64,000 nt of DNA, from NCBI GenBank assembly GCA_903919075.1, contig CAIXGR010000073.1:11661-75660 (forward strand), read 5' to 3'. Made by a program: the position numbers and the translations under genes. The notes under the pieces are model-generated. The model made no database searches, was not told where the DNA came from, and worked only from the letters and a program-made list of their open reading frames with translations. Positions 1 through 9,554 of the stretch are shown piece by piece; the stretch's first letter is position 1, and every line of letters starts with the position of its first letter. This DNA comes from an uncultured Bacteroidota bacterium (GTDB taxonomy: Bacteria; Bacteroidota; Bacteroidia; Chitinophagales; LD1).

Positions 1-516
1 CAGGCAATGCGCAAGCTTACCGGCACTATTTCTAAAACAGGTTGCTGCTGCATATTCATTAACCAGTTGCGCGAAAAAATTGGGGTAATGTTTGGTAACC
101 CTGAAACCACTACCGGTGGTAATGCGCTTAAGTTTTATGCTTCGGTTCGTTTGGATATTCGCCGTATAGGACAAATAAAAGATGGTGATAACCTTACCGG
201 TAACCGCACCCGTGTAAAAGTGGTGAAGAACAAACTGGCTCCGCCTTTTAGAACCTGCGAGTTTGATATAATGTATGGTATGGGTGTATCGAAGGTAGGA
301 GAGATTGTTGACATTGGCACCGAGCTTGGTGTGGTGCAAAAAAGCGGCTCATGGTTTAGCTACGAAGGCACTAAACTTGGCCAAGGCCGCGATGGTGTAA
401 AACAATTGCTTGAAGATAATCCGGAATTGAGCAGGGAAATTGAAAACAAGATTAAAGCAAAATATGCCCAAGGGGTTGAAGTGATAAAACCTGAATTGGT
501 GGAAGAGGCTTCGTAA
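1..516 (+). CDS. recA: Recombinase RecA, C-terminal part (gene starts upstream of the window)
   Basis: Frame 1 is open from base 1. The translation [55 protein letters not shown]...[11 protein letters not shown] is the conserved RecA core (L2 loop region). Stop at 514-516, followed by a terminator. Confidence 0.95.
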   Translation, partial: QAMRKLTGTISKTGCCCIFINQLREKIGVMFGNPETTTGGNALKFYASVRLDIRRIGQIKDGDNLTGNRTRVKVVKNKLAPPFRTCEFDIMYGMGVSKVGEIVDIGTELGVVQKSGSWFSYEGTKLGQGRDGVKQLLEDNPELSREIENKIKAKYAQGVEVIKPELVEEAS

Positions 517-571
517 CCTAACCTTCGTAACATTTTCAGCCGCGGCAATTCGTAATTGTTGCCTGAAATTT

Positions 572-598
572 AAAAACGCCCCAATTGGGGCGTTTTTT
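572..598 (+). terminator. Rho-independent terminator after recA
   Basis: AAAAACGCCCC-AATT-GGGGCGTTTTT: perfect GC-rich stem, 4-nt loop, T-run, 55 nt after the recA stop. Confidence 0.75.
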
Positions 599-637
599 AT
601 TATTTAAATTCGACCCTTATATTTTTTACTAATAAGA

Positions 638-2734
638 ATGAAGGGCGTAGGGAAAATAAGCATACTAATTATTGGCCTGATTTTATTGATGAGCATTGCC
701 AATGCTCAAAGTAATAAAATCAATACTTCCAATATTGATATTGTGAGAGACAAGTGGGGTGTGCCGCATATTTATGGTAAAACAGATGCTGAGGCCTCAT
801 ACGGATTAGCATGGGCAACCTGTGAAGATGATTTTAAAACTGTTCAGGAATTAATACTTGCAGTAAAGGGTAAGTTGGGGCAGGTGGAGGGTAAGAGCGG
901 TGCTATACTTGACTTTCTTTCTTACATCACCGGTGTTGATTCCGTTGTTGAATTGGCGTACGATACAGCATTAAGCCCCCAGTATAAAAAAGTTTTGGAA
1001 GGTTACGTAGAAGGATTGAATGACTATGCGGCATCGCACCCTGATGAAATTTTGCTTAAAAAGGCTTTCCCTGTTACCGGTAAAGACATTATAAAAGATT
1101 ATGTGTTTACTAATGTAATGCTGGCAAGCATTTATATGGATATTGCGAAAATATTTAAAGGATATATCAGTAACTACGAAATAAAGGCACCGGCAGGTTC
1201 TAATGCTTTTGCCTTTAGCGGTAAGCGAACTGAAGACGGTAAAACATATCTGGCTATTAATTCACATCAGCCGTTAGAGGGACTGTTCTCGTGGTACGAA
1301 GCACACCTTAACAGTGAAGAAGGTTTAAATATTTTGGGTGGAACTTTTCCTGGTGGGATGAGTATTATGGTGGGGGCGAATCAAAACTTAGGATGGGCCT
1401 GCACGCTTAGTTATCCTGATGTAGATGATGTATACAAGCTTAGTATGAACCCGTATAATAGGTTGCAATATTGGTTTGATGGCCATTGGGAAATGCTTGC
1501 TATAAAAAAGAAAACAGTAAAGGTAAAGTTGGGCGGTTTGCAAGTACCGGTTACAAAAACTTTTTATGAAAGCAAATACGGCATTACTATTAAAAATAAA
1601 AGCGGCGAATATTATGCTATCCGTTTTCCGGCCAATATGGATATACGCAGTGGCGAACAGGTTTACCGGTTGAATAAAGCAACTAATTTTACCGAGTGGC
1701 ATGATGCCATGCGCATGAACACCATGCCCTGCATGAATTTTATTTATGCCGACCGGACGGATACTATTTTTTATGTTAGTGTAGGAGAGTTTCCTCAACG
1801 TAACCCTTCCTATAATTGGTTAAAGGTATTACCAGGAAATACTTCGAAAACTTTATGGAGGCCAAATTTTTATCCGGTAGACTCATTGCCGCAAAAACTA
1901 AACCCTAAAAGTGGATACCTTGTAAATACTAACAATTCATGTTTCGATGTAAGTGCGATTGGTGATAATCCGGATTCGACAAAATGCAATCACACATTTG
2001 GATTTGGGCCCGAAAAGAACAACCGGATAATAATGGCGCAATCATTAATTAATAAACTACCAAAGTTGAATTACGAGCAGTTTAAAAACATTAAGTATAA
2101 TGTTACCTATAACGATAGCTTGTACGATTACCATATTGATAATATGATAACATTGCTGAAACTGGATGCTGCAAAATACCCGGATATAGCCGATGCCATA
2201 AAGGTTATACGTAACTGGAATAGACAGTGCGATGCAAATAATAAAGAGGCCTCGTTAATGTTATTTACTCTGTACCACTTAATTGATAAACTAACGGAAA
2301 AAAGCACCGGTAATGAGTATAATACTTTTGATGAGATTGAATATGTTGGTGCGGTGAAGGCAGCTAAACATCATATGCTAAAATATTTCGGCTCTTTAAC
2401 AGTGCCGTTGGGCGAAGTGCAAAAACATGTTCGGGGAAATGTTGAACTGCCGGTTAGTGCTTTTCCGGAAGTGCTGGCGGCTATGTATACACTGCCATAT
2501 AAAAAGGGAATGCGTAAAACATACGTTGGCGAATCATACATTGAGTTGGTTCGGTTTTCGAAAAGCAAAGTTGAAATTGAATCGGTGAATGCGTTTGGTT
2601 CATCTAACAAACCTGGCAGCCCGCATTACACCGACCAGATGCAAATGTTTGTTGACCAAAAATTAAAGCCGATGACGCTTGATAAGGAAACGATTTACCG
2701 GGATGCAGAGAAAATCTATCATCCAAATAAGTAG
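638..2734 (+). CDS. Secreted Ntn-hydrolase of the penicillin amidase / acyl-homoserine-lactone acylase family (peptidase S45)
   Basis: 698 aa with signal peptide (LLMSIANAQ). Motifs typical of S45 acylases: RDKWGVPHIYG near the N-terminus and APAGSNAFAFSG (autoprocessing Ser nucleophile context). Confidence 0.8.
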   Translation: MKGVGKISILIIGLILLMSIANAQSNKINTSNIDIVRDKWGVPHIYGKTDAEASYGLAWATCEDDFKTVQELILAVKGKLGQVEGKSGAILDFLSYITGVDSVVELAYDTALSPQYKKVLEGYVEGLNDYAASHPDEILLKKAFPVTGKDIIKDYVFTNVMLASIYMDIAKIFKGYISNYEIKAPAGSNAFAFSGKRTEDGKTYLAINSHQPLEGLFSWYEAHLNSEEGLNILGGTFPGGMSIMVGANQNLGWACTLSYPDVDDVYKLSMNPYNRLQYWFDGHWEMLAIKKKTVKVKLGGLQVPVTKTFYESKYGITIKNKSGEYYAIRFPANMDIRSGEQVYRLNKATNFTEWHDAMRMNTMPCMNFIYADRTDTIFYVSVGEFPQRNPSYNWLKVLPGNTSKTLWRPNFYPVDSLPQKLNPKSGYLVNTNNSCFDVSAIGDNPDSTKCNHTFGFGPEKNNRIIMAQSLINKLPKLNYEQFKNIKYNVTYNDSLYDYHIDNMITLLKLDAAKYPDIADAIKVIRNWNRQCDANNKEASLMLFTLYHLIDKLTEKSTGNEYNTFDEIEYVGAVKAAKHHMLKYFGSLTVPLGEVQKHVRGNVELPVSAFPEVLAAMYTLPYKKGMRKTYVGESYIELVRFSKSKVEIESVNAFGSSNKPGSPHYTDQMQMFVDQKLKPMTLDKETIYRDAEKIYHPNK

Positions 2735-2753
2735 TAATCGCGAGGCAGAAAAA

Positions 2754-3710
2754 CTATTTTTTCTTCAATCCAATTTCCTCTAATCTTTCATCAAGATATT
2801 CGCCTGCAGTAACTGGAGGATAGGCTATAGGATGTTTTTCGGTTACACAAGAAGACAAACAATCTAATCTCATTTCTCTTTTAGGGTGCATGAAAAAAGG
2901 AATTGAGTAACGTGGTGTACTCCATTTTTCGCGCGGAGGGTTTACTACGCGGTGCGTGGTTGATTTTAGTTTATTGTTGGTTAGGCGTTGTAGCATGTCG
3001 CCTACGTTTACAACAATACAACCTTCGGGCGCGGTAATGTCAACCCATATATTTTGTTTATTCAGTAACTGCAAGCCTTCGGCTGATGCGCCTACTAACA
3101 ATGTTATGATATTAATGTCTTCATGTTGTTCTGCACGTACTGCATTTTCGGGCTCGCGAGTGATAGGTGGATAGTGAATAGCACGAATGATAGAGTTGCC
3201 ATTATGCACGTGCTTATCAAAATAAAATTCTCCTATTTCGAGATAAATACCAATTGCCCGAAGCAAATTGCGACCCGATGCTTCGAAAGCTCGGAACAAT
3301 TTTATTCCTAAGTCATAAAACTCAGGTATTTCAGCTACTTTGAAATTATCAGGATATTTTACAGCAGGTAAATCGTCGCCTTCAACGGTTTGTCCTACCT
3401 GCCAAAATTCTTTTAGATCCGGAACCTCGCTTCCTTTAGCTTGCTCAACACCAAAAGAGGTATACCCCGCCTGGCCTGCTAAGGCTGGCATTTCGTATTT
3501 CTTTTTAACCGCAGTTGGCAACTCAAAGAATTTTTGAACGGCTTTGTAATAAGTGTCAATCAAATCCTGAGGAACTCCGTGGTTTTTTACGGAAACAAAG
3601 CCCACTTCTTCAAATGCTTTGCCCAATTCCATTACAAAATGGTGTTTGGCCGATTCGTTGCCAGTTACAAATTCGTTAACATCAACTACCGGAATTGAAT
3701 TAAAGCTCAT
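2754..3710 (-). CDS. 2-oxoglutarate/Fe(II)-dependent oxygenase (isopenicillin-N-synthase-like family)
   Basis: 318 aa. N-terminal non-haem dioxygenase region (IPVVDV...), HxD...H iron triad context (EQHEDINIITLL ... STTHRVVNP). Confidence 0.8.
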   Translation of the reverse strand: MSFNSIPVVDVNEFVTGNESAKHHFVMELGKAFEEVGFVSVKNHGVPQDLIDTYYKAVQKFFELPTAVKKKYEMPALAGQAGYTSFGVEQAKGSEVPDLKEFWQVGQTVEGDDLPAVKYPDNFKVAEIPEFYDLGIKLFRAFEASGRNLLRAIGIYLEIGEFYFDKHVHNGNSIIRAIHYPPITREPENAVRAEQHEDINIITLLVGASAEGLQLLNKQNIWVDITAPEGCIVVNVGDMLQRLTNNKLKSTTHRVVNPPREKWSTPRYSIPFFMHPKREMRLDCLSSCVTEKHPIAYPPVTAGEYLDERLEEIGLKKK

Positions 3711-3778
3711 GAATTAAGGATTTGGGTTACTGCTAATCGGGGGGCAAAAATAGAAAAATAATGATACCGGTAAAGCTA

Positions 3779-5293
3779 TCAATGAGCTAAAGTAGAATCT
3801 AAAGAAATTTTTCCGGCCCGGTCGCCTACTATTTCGCCCTTATTAATATGCCTGCTTTTAAGAAATGACAAGGCTTCTTCTTTACTCTTTATGTATTTGA
3901 TATTTCTTTGGGAGTAAAATATAAGCTGCGGCTGAATATCGGGGTCGTAAGAAAACAATACCTCGTCTTTGATAGTGTTTTTCCGAATGTCGTTTCCGGT
4001 TATTGAGGGCATGGAGTCGGAGGCATAATTCATTAGTTCGTACTGCACGGTCATTAACACTATAACTACAAACAAGCCTACCTGCATATTGCGCAACGGT
4101 ATTGCACCCGATTTTTTGATTTTATCATATAGTATACCTAAGCCTACGCTGAAAAAGAGAGAGGCGTATAAAACTGTAAAATCTTGAGTGGAATAATTTA
4201 AAAAGAAAACATGCAGCAATACCACGGGTAAAACGGCCAACCATATAAAACGGTAGCCATTATCGCTAAAAACAATTTTCAGTTTTTTACGAGTTATTGC
4301 AAACCATATAAATAACATGATGATTGCGTATACAATAATGTAATGAACAATATAGTTGTAGATGAGAGTTTTGATAAGCAGTAGGTAGGAAAACATGAAG
4401 TGAAATAATCCTTTGTCGGCTCCTTCAAGTCCGCTACGAATAATGTAGCGGTCGAACATTTCTTCGAAATAGGCAAGCGTGCCGTTAATTTGAGAGTACT
4501 GGTAAATAATCAGCCTTAACATAAGCAGGCCTACTATTACCGTTGACCATATTAATACTCTGAACGCCTTGTTGGCCCGAACATGCAACAGCGAATAAAC
4601 AAACACACCGAAAGCAAAAAACACACCAAGCCATGAGGTATAAATCATTAACCCTAGACAAATTGTATAAAAGAAGATGTATTTAATAGAATAAAACCTT
4701 TCGCGGATAATCATTTTGAGCGCTATGTAAACCCCTATAATAAACAGCACCTGTACTGCCATATCGCTCATGTATACATTGCCCTGAAACCACATGGTAA
4801 CCGGTAGAAAAATATAAATAGTGTAAGCAACTATTGCCGAACGGTAGGGCATACTTCGGCCTTTGTTAAGGCTGAGCAGACAAACAATAAAATAAACAAA
4901 CAGGCCGCTTATAAAATGGAGGCAGAGGTTGAATATTTGCAAGGGTAAAATATCGGGCCTGATGTGCAGGGCTTTAAAAACGAAAAAAGGAAAATAATAA
5001 GCAAAAGGTGGATGAGAAACGTAATAATAGTTCCCGTCTTTATCCATCATTTCGCCCGATGTGTTGGCGTTGTTGTTGATGAACTTATCGGCCGGGTTGT
5101 TGTAAGTCATTACCGGGTTGAAGTTGTATTTTTCAATTCGGTTATCGTACCATATTTGCATTACACGAAGTGAAAGGGCGGTGCAAAATTCGTGATGCTT
5201 TGATAATGGCCGGTTGAGTTGTGGCCACCGGACAGCAACCGAAAGCAGGAAGATTCCGAAAAGAACCGGGAATGTCCATTTAATGAATGGCAT
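3779..5293 (-). CDS. Polytopic inner-membrane protein, GT-C-like (possible ArnT/PMT-type glycosyltransferase)
   Basis: 504 aa with about 10 predicted hydrophobic helices followed by a soluble C-terminal domain of about 90 aa. This architecture resembles GT39/GT83 enzymes. The family call is by architecture only. Confidence 0.45.
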   Translation of the reverse strand: MPFIKWTFPVLFGIFLLSVAVRWPQLNRPLSKHHEFCTALSLRVMQIWYDNRIEKYNFNPVMTYNNPADKFINNNANTSGEMMDKDGNYYYVSHPPFAYYFPFFVFKALHIRPDILPLQIFNLCLHFISGLFVYFIVCLLSLNKGRSMPYRSAIVAYTIYIFLPVTMWFQGNVYMSDMAVQVLFIIGVYIALKMIIRERFYSIKYIFFYTICLGLMIYTSWLGVFFAFGVFVYSLLHVRANKAFRVLIWSTVIVGLLMLRLIIYQYSQINGTLAYFEEMFDRYIIRSGLEGADKGLFHFMFSYLLLIKTLIYNYIVHYIIVYAIIMLFIWFAITRKKLKIVFSDNGYRFIWLAVLPVVLLHVFFLNYSTQDFTVLYASLFFSVGLGILYDKIKKSGAIPLRNMQVGLFVVIVLMTVQYELMNYASDSMPSITGNDIRKNTIKDEVLFSYDPDIQPQLIFYSQRNIKYIKSKEEALSFLKSRHINKGEIVGDRAGKISLDSTLAH

Positions 5294-5362
5294 ATTCTTA
5301 TTTGCAATCCGGCTAATTAGACAACCGGCGAATGAAAGTATAAAAAATCTTGTTATATCACC

Positions 5363-7315
5363 TTATTGCCTTTCTATAGCAGCAGACAGGTTCTCCCATT
5401 TGCTCATTTCTGCCTCAAGCTGTTTTTTCAAGGCCTCGTAATTGCTGAAAAAGCTGGAATCTTTACCTAGTTCCTGAAATTTTTGTGGGTCTTGAAGTTT
5501 CTTGTTCATATCGGCAAGTTGGCCTTCTAATTCCGAAACCTTTTTTTCGCTTTTTTCCAAGTCGCCTTTTAACTTCTTAAGTTCTTTTTCCTTTTCTTTT
5601 TTAGCCTCGGCGCTTGTATTGTTCTGATTGGTATTTTTTGAGTCCTGGTTTTTGGCTTTTTGATCTGGCTTCTTTACCTCATCTTTTTTGGCCAACATAC
5701 GCATGTCTTCCATCTGCTTTTTCTCGAGGAATTCATGAATATCGCCGATGTGTTCTTTAATACCGTCTTTGGTAAACTCGAAAGTTTTATTGGTAAGCCC
5801 GTGCAAAAAGTCGCGGTCGTGCGAAACGATAATTACGGTTCCATCAAACTGATTTAAAGCGTTTTTCAAAATCTCTTTCGACATCATGTCTAAGTGGTTG
5901 GTAGGCTCATCCAACACCAAGAAATTTCTGGGCTCAAGAATCATTTTACATAAAGCTAAACGCCCTTTTTCGCCACCGCTCAATACTTTTACTTTTTTGA
6001 AAACATCGTCGCCTTTAAAAAGGAAGGCACCTAACATATCGCGCAGTTTGGTTCTTATGTCGCCAACTGCAACGCGGTCTACAACATCCAGCACCGTATC
6101 ATTTCCATCCATTGAGTCGGCGGCGTGTTGGGCGTAGTAGCCAACGGTAACATTATACCCGAGGGTAAATTTCCCTTCGTGTTGTAAGCCGTCAACTAAT
6201 ATACGGGTGAGGGTGGTTTTACCCATACCGTTTTTACCTACAAAAGCAATTTTATCACCGCGGTTTATTTGAAAACTCTGATCATCAATTACCAGCTTTT
6301 CGCCATAGTTTTTGCTGATGTGTTCTGCTTCAACAACCACTTTTCCTGATGGCTGTGCATGAGGGAACCGGAGGTTCATAGCCGAAAGGTTTTCTTCTTC
6401 CACCTCAATAATATCCATCTTATCCAGTTTCTTAATAAGCGATTGGGCAAAGGTGGCCTTACTAGCCTTAGCACGGAAACGGTCAATGTTCCTTTCTATC
6501 TGGGCAATTTCGCGCTGCTGGTTTTTTTGCGCGTTTATTTGTTGTTCGCGTCTTTCTTTTCTTAGGTCTATATATCTGGTGTAGGGAGCGTTGTAGTCGT
6601 CAATATTTCCGTTAATCACCTCAATGGTTCGGCCGGTAATATTATCCAAAAAACTCCTGTCGTGCGATACCATCATAATAGCACCGGGGTATTCTTTCAA
6701 AAAAGTTTCCAACCAAAGTACTGATTCAATATCTAAGTGGTTCGTAGGCTCATCTAATAATATAAGGTCAGGCTTTAAAAGCAATATCTTGGCTAACTCC
6801 ACACGCATTTGCCAGCCCCCGCTCAAAGTCTTCATTTCTTTTTCAAAATCGGCAGGTTCAAACCCCAATCCTTTTAAAACCCTTTCGGTTTGTTCATTCA
6901 CAGCGTAGCCGTCATGAATTTCTATTTGGTGCTCTACCTCGCCCAAACGATTGATGAGTTCCATATAGTCGTCACTCTCGTAATCGGTGCGGGTTTCCAT
7001 TTGGTGCATTATATTCTCCTTCTCATCCGCGTATTTCATTGCCAGTTCGAATGCCTTCTTGGTTTCATTCATTACTGTAAGGGTAGATTGGGAATGTAGC
7101 TCCTGTGGTAAGTAGCCTATAATAGTGCCTTTGGGATACATAATGTCCCCACCATCAATGTTTTGTAGGCCCTTTAGCACCTTTAAAAGAGTAGATTTAC
7201 CAGCCCCGTTTCGGCCAGTTAGGCCAATTTTATCGTTATCATTGATAAGAAACGAGATTTGGTCGAACATTACGCGACCGCTAAAGTGAAGTTCTATGTT
7301 TGAAACTGCTATCAT
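5363..7315 (-). CDS. ABC-F family ATPase (two ABC cassettes, no TM domain, Lys/Glu-rich coiled-coil tail)
   Basis: 650 aa. Two Walker A motifs (GRNGAGKST, GKNGMGKTT), two signatures (LSGGWQ, LSGGEK), two Walker B (LLLDEPTNHLD, LVLDEPTNHLD), and an inter-domain linker typical of ABC-F. Confidence 0.9.
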   Translation of the reverse strand: MIAVSNIELHFSGRVMFDQISFLINDNDKIGLTGRNGAGKSTLLKVLKGLQNIDGGDIMYPKGTIIGYLPQELHSQSTLTVMNETKKAFELAMKYADEKENIMHQMETRTDYESDDYMELINRLGEVEHQIEIHDGYAVNEQTERVLKGLGFEPADFEKEMKTLSGGWQMRVELAKILLLKPDLILLDEPTNHLDIESVLWLETFLKEYPGAIMMVSHDRSFLDNITGRTIEVINGNIDDYNAPYTRYIDLRKERREQQINAQKNQQREIAQIERNIDRFRAKASKATFAQSLIKKLDKMDIIEVEEENLSAMNLRFPHAQPSGKVVVEAEHISKNYGEKLVIDDQSFQINRGDKIAFVGKNGMGKTTLTRILVDGLQHEGKFTLGYNVTVGYYAQHAADSMDGNDTVLDVVDRVAVGDIRTKLRDMLGAFLFKGDDVFKKVKVLSGGEKGRLALCKMILEPRNFLVLDEPTNHLDMMSKEILKNALNQFDGTVIIVSHDRDFLHGLTNKTFEFTKDGIKEHIGDIHEFLEKKQMEDMRMLAKKDEVKKPDQKAKNQDSKNTNQNNTSAEAKKEKEKELKKLKGDLEKSEKKVSELEGQLADMNKKLQDPQKFQELGKDSSFFSNYEALKKQLEAEMSKWENLSAAIERQ

Positions 7316-7419
7316 GAAGGGCGCGAAGATAATACGTCTTAACCCCCATTCAAAACATGTTGGACAAATTAATTTGAAATTTGAAATTTTGCCCTACATT
7401 CGCAGGCAAAATCATAGCT

Positions 7420-7644
7420 ATGTCGAAAGTTATTGCGGGTATTTTTACCATTGTTGGCGGTTTAATGACACTTTACTATTCATTTATTTTTGCCAATACA
7501 TCATGGGCACTTGACTATAATGACCCGAAATTGCATAAAAGTATGTTTGAAACCGGCGATATGCCTCAGTTGGTTATAGGTATACTACTCTTAGCTATTG
7601 GCATGCTATTCTTCTTTGCAGCTAAAGAGCCTAACCTGAAGTAG
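7420..7644 (+). CDS. Small two-helix membrane protein (hypothetical)
   Basis: The ORF is open from 7381, and the first ATG is at 7420 (MSKVIAGIFTIVGGLMTLYY...). It has two hydrophobic segments. No recognisable family. Confidence 0.4.
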   Translation: MSKVIAGIFTIVGGLMTLYYSFIFANTSWALDYNDPKLHKSMFETGDMPQLVIGILLLAIGMLFFFAAKEPNLK

Positions 7645-7671
7645 TTTTTAATATTATTTATTGAAAAGCAG

Positions 7672-8961
7672 TTAAAACTGGTAGCGGAAGCCTGTTCCCA
7701 AGCCTGTATTATACTTGTTTTTATTCTGCACCCCTATTTTCCCCAAGCTCATATAAAATAAGGGCTCGGCAAAAATTACCCATTGTTTGCGGGCAAGAAA
7801 CTCAACCCCTGCCTTAGCATATAATGAGGCATAGTAACGGCTTGATTTATTAATAGAAAAATCGGTGGCAAGTGGGCCTGGGCCTGAAGTAGGAAACGAA
7901 AGCTGATCAGCGTTGGCGTTGGCGGTAAAAGGCCCGTAGGGGTTTGATGAGAATTGAAGGACTTCTTTTACTTTAATGTGATTTATAATTCCTGATTCTA
8001 AATAAAAACGGAATTTTTTCTTTGCCACCGCGTATACTTTAATGCCGATTGGAATATCGATTTCGGTAATTTTTGAAACATAGCTATCAGGGGCTGTTCC
8101 AAAATCAGGTGCTGAGGGATGGTTAACGCTAAATGAAGTTTGTGAGAATTCAAGTGAATTGGTTATTGCAATCCGGTTAATAAAAGTAAATTGATGGGTT
8201 GCGCCAACGGCATACGAGGGAACACTATAAAAAAATCCGGGGTGCTGATTTCCTAAAGTGGTAGCTGTAATGTTTGCTATAGCGCCTAATGAATATTGAA
8301 ATATTTTCTTTTTTGTTTTTGGTAAAAGAACGTCCTGGTCATCTGCTTTTTCCATTTTAATTTCTTCGCTTTCTTTCATCTCATCCAGTTGGTTAATTTT
8401 AATTATTTCGATGCTTGATATTGAAGCATAGCCGGTATTGTTTACTAAGCTACCGGCCAAATTTTCATCTGAATTTTTGCTAACAGGGAAGCTTTTATAA
8501 TTATTTGACGAATTATTTTTTGCAGATTCTTTTTTCACATGCCTGTTTTGGGGCGCTACAAATTTGGTATGATTGATTCTGGTTGCATTGTTTTTTAGGT
8601 TGTTATTTTCAAAAGCAGAACGGCTCACTTTTTCATTTGCTAAGATTTTATTTGGTGCAGTTAGGGTTAACTGTTGTTGAGAGGAAATACTTTCGTTATT
8701 GTTGGTCTTATCTAGGGGTGCAGATTTATTTATGCTGGTAACAGCAGGTGTTGTTGGTTCATGTTGTAAATAAGTATGCCCAATAAGTAAGGCGAACGAA
8801 AAAAGCATAGCTGCGCCAAGCCACCACATAAAAAAGCCCTTGCGCTCTTTCTTTTTATCAAGCATTTGTTCCATTTCCATCCAGGCCTTCGGCTCGTATG
8901 GCAGCTCAATGCCTTTAAGTTTATCGCGCAATATTTTATCTGAATTACTTTCCATATGCAC
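7672..8961 (-). CDS. ECF-sigma partner protein: short anti-sigma-like N-terminus + TM helix + low-complexity linker + outer-membrane beta-barrel-like C-terminal domain
   Basis: 429 aa. The start overlaps the stop of the upstream sigma gene by 17 nt. There is one TM helix (FFMWWLGAAMLFSFALLIG). The C-terminal 200 aa or so have alternating-hydrophobic strands and end in ...GFRYQF, an OMP-type terminal Phe. Confidence 0.6.
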   Translation of the reverse strand: MHMESNSDKILRDKLKGIELPYEPKAWMEMEQMLDKKKERKGFFMWWLGAAMLFSFALLIGHTYLQHEPTTPAVTSINKSAPLDKTNNNESISSQQQLTLTAPNKILANEKVSRSAFENNNLKNNATRINHTKFVAPQNRHVKKESAKNNSSNNYKSFPVSKNSDENLAGSLVNNTGYASISSIEIIKINQLDEMKESEEIKMEKADDQDVLLPKTKKKIFQYSLGAIANITATTLGNQHPGFFYSVPSYAVGATHQFTFINRIAITNSLEFSQTSFSVNHPSAPDFGTAPDSYVSKITEIDIPIGIKVYAVAKKKFRFYLESGIINHIKVKEVLQFSSNPYGPFTANANADQLSFPTSGPGPLATDFSINKSSRYYASLYAKAGVEFLARKQWVIFAEPLFYMSLGKIGVQNKNKYNTGLGTGFRYQF

Positions 8962-9514
8962 CCATGTTTACTTTATTAGCTTCAATAATCATAGCCTGTA
9001 AATTTGCCCTGGCCTTAGCAAGGTTTGATTTTGATGTTCCTTCAGAAATATCCAACAACTTGCCTATCTCGCCATGGCTATAGCCTTCTATTACGTATAA
9101 ATTAAAAACGGCTTTATAGGCCGGTGTAAGCTTGTTCACCAACTCAAGAATATGCTCTGCACTTAATTCAGCAATAATATCTGAACTGTCTTCGGCATAA
9201 ACCGATTTGTCAATATCGCTATGCTGATGCCTTATTTCAGAGCGGATGAAATCAATGGCGGTGTTTACCATAATGCGGTATATCCACCCCTCAAGGTTGC
9301 CGTTTTTGTTATTGAAACCGCCAATAGTTTTAAAAACTTTGAAGAAAGCGAGATTTAATATTTCGGTGGCCTGTTCCTTATGCGATGAATAGCGCATACA
9401 CACTCCCATCATCTTGCCATAATAACGCTGGTATAAGCATTGCTGGGCAAGGCGATCATTTTTAATGCACCCTTTAATAAGTTCTTCTTCCACTTTACTA
9501 AATGCAACAAGCAT
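8945..9514 (-). CDS. RNA polymerase ECF-type sigma-70 factor
   Basis: 189 aa. Region 2 (ILNLAFFKVFKTIGGF...GWIYRIMVNTAIDFIR) and region 4 HTH (VFNLYVIEGYSHGEIGKLLDISEGTSKSNLAKAR). Confidence 0.9.
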   Translation of the reverse strand: MLVAFSKVEEELIKGCIKNDRLAQQCLYQRYYGKMMGVCMRYSSHKEQATEILNLAFFKVFKTIGGFNNKNGNLEGWIYRIMVNTAIDFIRSEIRHQHSDIDKSVYAEDSSDIIAELSAEHILELVNKLTPAYKAVFNLYVIEGYSHGEIGKLLDISEGTSKSNLAKARANLQAMIIEANKVNMGAYGK

Positions 9515-9554
9515 AAACTACAAGCTACGAAATATTAACTATAAAATATTACAA

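Noticed and set aside
5363-5640. Low-complexity Lys/Glu-rich coding repeats at the 3' end of the ABC-F gene, considered as a possible separate small gene or DNA repeat.
   Set aside because: The reading frame is continuous with the ABC-F protein. Coiled-coil C-terminal extensions are a normal feature of several ABC-F subfamilies.
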